Shown here: positions 62,823-64,000 of the stretch, one piece after another | How the letters are laid out: each line of letters opens with the position of its first letter | Position numbering within the stretch: the first letter of the stretch is position 1 | Source of the DNA: Candidatus Aerophobetes bacterium Ae_b3b | GTDB lineage: Bacteria > Aerophobota > Aerophobia > Aerophobales > AE-B3A | Reading direction: 5' to 3' | NCBI GenBank assembly: GCA_005223085.1 | Contig: NJBP01000001.1 | Location: 12,895-76,894, forward strand | DNA: 64,000 nucleotides | Program-made: the position numbers and the translations under genes | Notes under the pieces: generated by a model | The model's input: the letters and a program-made list of their open reading frames with translations, nothing else | Databases searched by the model: none | What the model was told of the DNA's origin: nothing

Positions 62823-64000
62823 TTGCGCTTTTTCTTATATTTTGGTCGCTTGCCTCTTTTTTTGTTATATTTTTTGATTTTTGTTTCTACCGGTTTTGCT
62901 GGTTCTTTTTCTCCTATCTTTGTCTTCTCTTTATTGGTTCGGCCTACTTCAGCTTTTCCTACCTCTATTTTTTGTTTCCCGGTCGGGATTTTTTCTGCCT
63001 CAGTGGTCCTTAGCTCAACTTTCTCGCGTCTTACCGGGACCTTCTCTAGAGTACCTCTTTCCCAGCTATATACAATGGGGGTAGCTACAAAACTTGAGGA
63101 ATAGGTCCCCACTATTATTCCCACCAGGAGAGCAAAGGTAAACCCATGAATCGCAGCTCCTCCCCACAGAAATAGAACCAGGACGACTATGAAAGTAGTT
63201 AGGGAGGTAATAATAGTTCTAGGCAGGGACTGATTAATACTTAGGTTAAGGATTCTTTTCAAAGAGATCCGCTTTCCCTTTCGGTAGGTCTTGAGATTTT
63301 CCTTGGCCCGAGCATAAATGACGATAGTATCATTTAGCGAATACCCAATTATAGTGAGAAGAGCAGCGATCACCGGAAGATTGAACTCAAAATTCCCCAA
63401 AGAGAGGGCCCCGATGCTGATAAAGACATCATGAATTAAGGCGACCACCGCTCCCCCGGCAAACTTAAAGTCGAATCTCCAGCCAATATAGATGAGCATA
63501 CCAGCCAGAGCAAAAATTATAGCCAGTACGGCTTTGCGCCGAAGCTCTTCACTGACCTTGGGACCAATCAAGTTAATACTTCGAACCTCAAAGGTATTCT
63601 TTTTTTCTTTGAATTCATCTCTTAGGGCTTGCTCAATTCTGGCGGTGGTCTTTTTGTGAATAATTCCCTGCATAAGAGAAATGAGGGGAGCTCTCTCTAT
63701 CTGGTTGATATTGATTTTTTCGGTCTGGGAAGGCTCAACGGTTAGAAGACCGGCGAGATTTTCATATCCTACCGCTTCTATTCCAGGAAGACTTTTTAAC
63801 TCCTCAAGATGGGTAAACTTACCGTGTTTTTCTCGATAAGCAATTATCTGTGAAACAATATTCTGAGAAACCTGCTCTACACCAGTCCTTACAAGGACTA
63901 AGTTATCCTTCTTTTCCCCGTACTGCTGTATAACTGCTCCACCTAAGCCTATCTTAGCCAGACCCGATCTTATCCGGCTAATAGAAGGAGACTCTGTGAA
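62819..64000 (-). CDS. secF: protein translocase subunit SecF (5' end beyond the window) with an enlarged periplasmic domain and a Lys-rich C-terminal tail
   Basis: My translation shows the frame open from 64000 (FTESPSISRIRSGLAKIGLGGAVIQQYGE...). The core is IGPKVSEELRRKAVLAIIFALAGMLIYIGWRFDFKF, ALIHDVFISIG, IGYSLNDTIVIYAR. The track start at 63673 is internal. Confidence 0.85.
   Translation of the reverse strand, partial: FTESPSISRIRSGLAKIGLGGAVIQQYGEKKDNLVLVRTGVEQVSQNIVSQIIAYREKHGKFTHLEELKSLPGIEAVGYENLAGLLTVEPSQTEKININQIERAPLISLMQGIIHKKTTARIEQALRDEFKEKKNTFEVRSINLIGPKVSEELRRKAVLAIIFALAGMLIYIGWRFDFKFAGGAVVALIHDVFISIGALSLGNFEFNLPVIAALLTIIGYSLNDTIVIYARAKENLKTYRKGKRISLKRILNLSINQSLPRTIITSLTTFIVVLVLFLWGGAAIHGFTFALLVGIIVGTYSSSFVATPIVYSWERGTLEKVPVRREKVELRTTEAEKIPTGKQKIEVGKAEVGRTNKEKTKIGEKEPAKPVETKIKKYNKKRGKRPKYKKKRK

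Noticed and set aside
1-64000. A search by eye for CRISPR arrays, rRNA and tRNA genes.
   Set aside because: I found no regularly spaced direct repeats with unique spacers, no cloverleaf-compatible 70-90-nt segments with a GTTCGAATC-type T-loop in the intergenic regions, and no rRNA-like conserved blocks. A tRNAscan/Infernal run would be needed to exclude small RNAs formally.

Overview
This is a 64-kb bacterial chromosomal window of roughly 40% G+C by eye. It uses TTGACA/TATAAT-type promoters, AGGAGG ribosome-binding sites, many TTG/GTG starts and frequent ATGA/GTGA start-stop overlaps. I can support about 57 protein genes. I saw no rRNA, tRNA or CRISPR array. Most of the window is housekeeping: rpsB-tsf-pyrH-frr, rpsF-ssb-rpsR-rplI, recO-rpoD-ychF, yidD-yidC-mnmE, purH-glyA-folC-ptsI, asd plus aspartokinase, hom, ribD, murC-murG-secF, pyrF and mnmA.

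The less ordinary content is as follows.
(1) A 12-kb stretch (10.7-22.6 kb) is rich in Fe-S and DNA-processing genes. It holds a DinG-like helicase translationally coupled to a radical SAM enzyme. It also holds a DNA-repair-type radical SAM enzyme coupled to an EndoIII-like HhH/Fe-S protein rather than its usual UDG-like partner, a UvrD-like helicase fused to a Cas4/AddB-type nuclease, and RmuC.
(2) Two minus-strand operons of unknown function lie at 0-8.2 kb. One is a 1385-aa double-activase/dehydratase-like fusion with a flavodoxin-like protein and a TPR membrane protein. The other is a B12-type radical SAM enzyme with a PF04008-like protein and a membrane-anchored protein.
(3) Several families of structured intergenic repeats occur at 5.5, 21.2, 53.7 and 58.1-58.5 kb. 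One is a roughly 460-bp composite that splits rpsR from rplI. Another is a roughly 140-160-nt leader shared by rmuC and rplI up to the start codon.
(4) There is a ROK-regulated sugar ABC locus, an IS remnant in a roughly 900-bp decayed gap, a split aspartokinase, an unannotated 37-aa very basic ORF driven from a symmetric divergent promoter, and unusual tails or insertions in S2, SSB and SecF.

All functional calls come from my own reading of the translated motifs. No database search was run.
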